This document shows positions 60,226-64,000 of a stretch of 64,000 nt of DNA, piece by piece. The notes under the pieces were generated by a model, which saw only the letters and a program-made list of their open reading frames with translations, ran no database searches and was not told where the DNA came from. Both the position numbers and the translations under genes were made by a program. How positions within the stretch are numbered: the stretch's first letter is position 1; every line of letters begins with the position of its first letter. This stretch comes from an uncultured Pseudomonadota bacterium. Its GTDB lineage: Bacteria; Pseudomonadota; Gammaproteobacteria; CAJXQU01. The stretch lies in NCBI GenBank assembly GCA_913058255.1, contig CAJXQU010000012.1, positions 6,869 through 70,868 on the forward strand. Reading direction: 5' to 3'.

Positions 60226-61221
60226 TCAAATAATAAAAATAACTAATAAAATAAAAAATGCTAGCCAGCTAGTTTCTATTAACATAAGAAAGATCGGTTT
60301 TAAGCCTACCGAAGTCAACTTCGCTAAATTGGACTTCATCCCGATTGCGGTTATGGCAATGATTAAAGCAAAACGTGAAAAGCTTGTTGTTATATCAGTT
60401 AACTCTTGAGGGATAGTGGTGCTCGAATTGACTAGCATCAGTAGAAAGAAAACAATCAAAAATAATGGCACGCCTGCTGCGCTGAATTTCTGCTTTGAAT
60501 GCTTACTCTCAACTTTATTATTCTGCCATGAAATAAAAAATAATACACAAAACACAACGGGGACTAAAAGACTGACTCGAACAAGTTTAACTAAGGTTGC
60601 TATGTTTCCTGTCTCGTCAGAAACTGAATAGCCAGCACCAACCACTTGTGCAACATCGTGGATCGTTCCACCCAAGAATAAACCCGAATCATGGTTATCC
60701 AAACCGAAGTAAGCCGTTAAAATAGGATAAATAACCATCGATATCGTTGACATCGAAGTTACGCAGATAACCGTTAGTAAAGTATCTCGTTCTTTATCTT
60801 TATGCTCAGGTAAGACTGCTGAAATAGCGAGTGCGGCCGATGCTCCACAAATAGAAACCGCTCCACCCGTCAGAACACCTAAGCTTTTTTTCAGCCCCAA
60901 AACTTTAGCCGTGTAAGTACCAATCAAAATGGTACTGGCTATCGCGACCGTTAATAAAACAATAGTCTCCCAACCTAACGCGATCAGGTCTGATAAGGCA
61001 ATCCTCAAACCTAAAAGTGCAATACCCAATTTTAAGATAAAATTTGCACTAAATTCGATACCCTCCCGACAAGATCCTTCTTCATACAAAAAAGACAACG
61101 CTATACCCAGCAGCAATGCAAATAGCATCACTGGTGCTCCGTAATGCTCACTGAGAAAAAGTGCGGCCAAACCCGTAATAATGGTGATGCCTATTCCAGG
61201 CAGTATAATTTTAAAAGTCAC
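60226..61221 (-). CDS. YeiH family putative sulfate exporter (PSE/UPF0324)
   Basis: HYGAPVMLFALLLG, LKLGIALLGLRI, GAVSICGASAALA, GGTIHDVAQVVGAG, ATLVKLVRV, AIGMK. Confidence 0.92.
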   Translation of the reverse strand: MTFKIILPGIGITIITGLAALFLSEHYGAPVMLFALLLGIALSFLYEEGSCREGIEFSANFILKLGIALLGLRIALSDLIALGWETIVLLTVAIASTILIGTYTAKVLGLKKSLGVLTGGAVSICGASAALAISAVLPEHKDKERDTLLTVICVTSMSTISMVIYPILTAYFGLDNHDSGLFLGGTIHDVAQVVGAGYSVSDETGNIATLVKLVRVSLLVPVVFCVLFFISWQNNKVESKHSKQKFSAAGVPLFLIVFFLLMLVNSSTTIPQELTDITTSFSRFALIIAITAIGMKSNLAKLTSVGLKPIFLMLIETSWLAFFILLVIFII

Positions 61222-61462
61222 ATAATCCTCATAGAAATAACTGCTTGATTTGTATATGTCCGTAATTTATGAATAAATAAGTTTTATGCTATAAAAATTA
61301 CTTACTCAAGACCTTATGCATCAAATGCTGATTTGCCAAGGTTCAAATAAATTAACAATCTAGTATGCCACAGCTTCAGAACTCGTAAGATCGAAACAGA
61401 TAGAATCAACATGGTATATTATATGTGGGAGCACCATCTAAAATTATTAAGGAAGAACACTT

Positions 61463-63355
61463 ATGGCGTACGATTTTGGAACCAACACCTTAGGAATAAA
61501 AAACCCATTCAAACCAGAAGGTCTCGCAAAGTCTATCGCTGGTGTTGCCATTTGTATTTTAGGTGTGATAGCACTGACCAGCGTTTCTAAAGATTTAAAA
61601 GTTGACATGCTGAAGGGTTGGCTCGACGTGGCTTTAGGTCTCAGTTTATTAACATGGGGATTACGCCACCTAGGCTTTGGTTTATTCCAACTTTTCAAGT
61701 TTTTTGTTGGCCGCTCAGTTCCAACATCACTTGCCTACAACAAGAATGCCAGTGAAAAAGATAATGCAGAAAGTGAAAAAGACTTTACTGTTTATACCGC
61801 TCAAGAACTTGAGTCCATGTTAATGGGTAGAAAAAACTCAACTTTCATTGAGCCTGAGGGTTGGTTAGCGCGCTTGGTTCATTCATTTATCCCTAAACTT
61901 GTCACCATGCCCTACCCTATAAGAAACTTTGTTCAAGATTTAGCCGGCCTAATTTCGTCCACTTTGCTCGGTTTAATTGCCTTTGGAATTGCTTATTTTG
62001 TTTCCGTTTCAGGTTTGGTTGGTAGTGCCGGAACGCTAATCACTCCCGTGTTATCGATCTTGCTATTGATCTATTTAATATTTGAGTGGCGAACGACAGC
62101 AAAAGGATTGACCTTTGCTGATAACCGCAGTCTTCATCGCAAAGATGCCTCAGGTTTAGCTAAGCTTTTTTCATTCGCTATTATTGTCCCTGTCATCATA
62201 GGTTTTGTCTATTCAAAACTAAACACCAGCACTGCAAATAAACTCCATAGCTTTTTTGAAAACAATATGCTCTTTAGTGCATGGTTTAACCTTCTACTCT
62301 TACTGGCAATCAGCTTATGTGTAATCGCTCTTTGCTGGGTGATGATCCGAGAGCGCTTGAACTTGCTCGAACCAGAAACAGCCGTTAGTGAATACCGTGA
62401 AAATATGCAGGAATCTGTTCATCCAAATGAGATTTTCATTAACATTGAAAATATCGTTTTAGCCAATCGAAGGTATAAAGAAATACCGAACCGAAACTAT
62501 CTTGAGTTTGATCCTGTATTACAAGAACAAAGTGAGGGGAAAGGTAGTTTTAAAGGCCAGCTACTCATTGAAACACAACCCGAAGTTCTCGAGATAGAAT
62601 ATAGCCGCCTGTTTACACTATTCAGGCTCGCTTCAACCATTGTTTCTCAATCTCTAATTTTTATAGCAGCACTTTTATTTTTCTACTTTGTGAATGATGC
62701 CTATAGTTTATATCAAGCTTCTGGATCAAAGCTATTTCAAATCAATAATTTAAACTTGCAAAGTATCCTCTCAACATTTTCAAATTCAGGTCTAGCCTTT
62801 GCTGGCTTGCTAACCATATTCTTCAGCTGGCAAACCGTTGCAGCAGCAGGAAAAATTCTCGCTAGAGGCACTAATATATTTTGGTCAGAAATGTATTTCA
62901 ATAGCTTGTTACTCTGGATGAAAACCGAAGGAACATACACCGAAAGCAAGGTCTCCACCGGTATGTCAATCCACGATTCAACTCGTTCTGAAAACGTTGT
63001 CGTACGTAGCTCAATCACACCATGGATGATTAGCTCAAGAATCACTAGCTCCACTTTCGCCTTAAGTGGCACACAAAACCTTGAGATGCCTCGCTTCGTT
63101 ATGTCCATGTCAAAAAATGAAAATGAACTAAATACGATTATTTCAGAAATAAAGTCATTTTTAAGAAACCGTGAAGCCATCGCTTCGATCACTAATGAAA
63201 AAGACTTGAGCAATGCTGAAACAATCTATCAAGTCAATCAAACGAGTAGAGCACATATGATTCAGAATATTAATGTGGAACAAAGCTCGTTAGAGGAACA
63301 AGCCGCTGGAAAACTGAGACATGATCAAGACGCTAGTGATGATTTATTAGAATGA
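61463..63355 (+). CDS. Hypothetical polytopic membrane protein (630 aa)
   Basis: Long ORF with AAGGAAG RBS and about 8 hydrophobic segments separated by soluble domains; no family recognised. Confidence 0.8.
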   Translation: MAYDFGTNTLGIKNPFKPEGLAKSIAGVAICILGVIALTSVSKDLKVDMLKGWLDVALGLSLLTWGLRHLGFGLFQLFKFFVGRSVPTSLAYNKNASEKDNAESEKDFTVYTAQELESMLMGRKNSTFIEPEGWLARLVHSFIPKLVTMPYPIRNFVQDLAGLISSTLLGLIAFGIAYFVSVSGLVGSAGTLITPVLSILLLIYLIFEWRTTAKGLTFADNRSLHRKDASGLAKLFSFAIIVPVIIGFVYSKLNTSTANKLHSFFENNMLFSAWFNLLLLLAISLCVIALCWVMIRERLNLLEPETAVSEYRENMQESVHPNEIFINIENIVLANRRYKEIPNRNYLEFDPVLQEQSEGKGSFKGQLLIETQPEVLEIEYSRLFTLFRLASTIVSQSLIFIAALLFFYFVNDAYSLYQASGSKLFQINNLNLQSILSTFSNSGLAFAGLLTIFFSWQTVAAAGKILARGTNIFWSEMYFNSLLLWMKTEGTYTESKVSTGMSIHDSTRSENVVVRSSITPWMISSRITSSTFALSGTQNLEMPRFVMSMSKNENELNTIISEIKSFLRNREAIASITNEKDLSNAETIYQVNQTSRAHMIQNINVEQSSLEEQAAGKLRHDQDASDDLLE

Positions 63356-63655
63356 ACAATTATCTAAGCTTGATCAAATAAAGCCGAATTCAGGTATAGA
63401 CAAACATAACGCCCTGACTTGTCTATAATGAACGAATAAACTATTTAGATCAGTGGTTGGATACCAAAAAATAATAATAAAATCTATAACCTGCTCCCGC
63501 TCTTTTTCAACTGAACAGGATAAAACGACTCGATAATATGTTTAAAGTTAGAGTCGATAAAACGGTTAGTGTTACGAATAACGGATGCTTATAAGCAGAA
63601 CACCACATTCACAAGAGAATGAAGAAAACTTCCTAAGGTTTGATAAAAAAATATC

Positions 63656-64000
63656 ATGACAAAGTCACTAAAAGCAGCACTATTATCAACATTTATTTAT
63701 CCAGGCAGTGGGCAGCTTTACTTAAAGCGTTATCCTATGGCTATTGTTTTCATGAGTATTGCCACAATCGCGGGCTATTTTATTATCAGCAGTATAACGA
63801 AGCAGGCATTTCAGATTGTCGAAAGAATACAAAGTGGAGAAATATCACCTGATATCACAACGATTATGAGCCTAGTGACAGAGCAGGCCAACACAGGGGA
63901 TAGCCAGCTCAGTAACGCGACTATCATTATCGTTCTCGTTTGGGTAGTTAGTATTGTTCATGCATATTTAATTGGAAGAGTTCAAGAAAAGCAGACTAAT
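63656..64000 (+). CDS. Hypothetical membrane protein (runs off the window end)
   Basis: Not in the ORF track; open frame MTKSLKAALLSTFIYPGSGQLYLKRY...WVVSIVHAYLIGR, carrying an 'A.LLS...PG.GQ.Y' TM2/DUF5683-like motif. Confidence 0.7.
   Translation, partial: MTKSLKAALLSTFIYPGSGQLYLKRYPMAIVFMSIATIAGYFIISSITKQAFQIVERIQSGEISPDITTIMSLVTEQANTGDSQLSNATIIIVLVWVVSIVHAYLIGRVQEKQTN

Noticed and set aside
63500..63570. TAAAGTTA and TCGATAA elements suggesting a second sigma28 promoter
   Set aside because: The spacing between the -35-like and -10-like elements is wrong; the 70-aa ORF at 63640-63852 is also rejected in favour of the frame starting at 63656.

Overview
Chromosomal window from an AT-rich (roughly 40% GC by eye) Gammaproteobacterium, probably marine and environmental; the taxonomy is inferred from gene content and synteny. 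Most of it is housekeeping genes: purL, yheS, recQ, aceA, clpS-clpA, argE-argA, rnd, rluB, aat-bpt-infA, comEC-exbB-exbD-lpxK-ycaR-kdsB and leuB-asd-fimV-truA. Small accessory modules are interspersed. I found no tRNA, rRNA, CRISPR array, intact transposase or phage gene. Highlights: (1) ovoA (ovothiol sulfoxide synthase/methyltransferase) lies 18 bp upstream of a PLP enzyme that is a candidate clustered OvoB C-S lyase; (2) a Tat-signal histone-deacetylase-family enzyme lies upstream of an extra signal peptidase I; (3) a propeptide-less, VPLPA/PEP-CTERM-sorted subtilase has an apparent Glu-His-Ser triad and a possible sigma54 promoter; (4) an orphan cytoplasmic PAS hybrid kinase sits behind a near-consensus sigma28 promoter; (5) a cobalamin riboswitch precedes a stand-alone btuB; (6) a BON-protein + HhH-protein pair resembles ArfA/ArfC; (7) a heavily decayed LysR pseudogene, missed by the ORF track, lies between leuB and an FMN alpha-hydroxy-acid dehydrogenase; (8) a complete but rearranged N-degron pathway cluster. 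All calls come from reading motifs by eye; no database searches were run.
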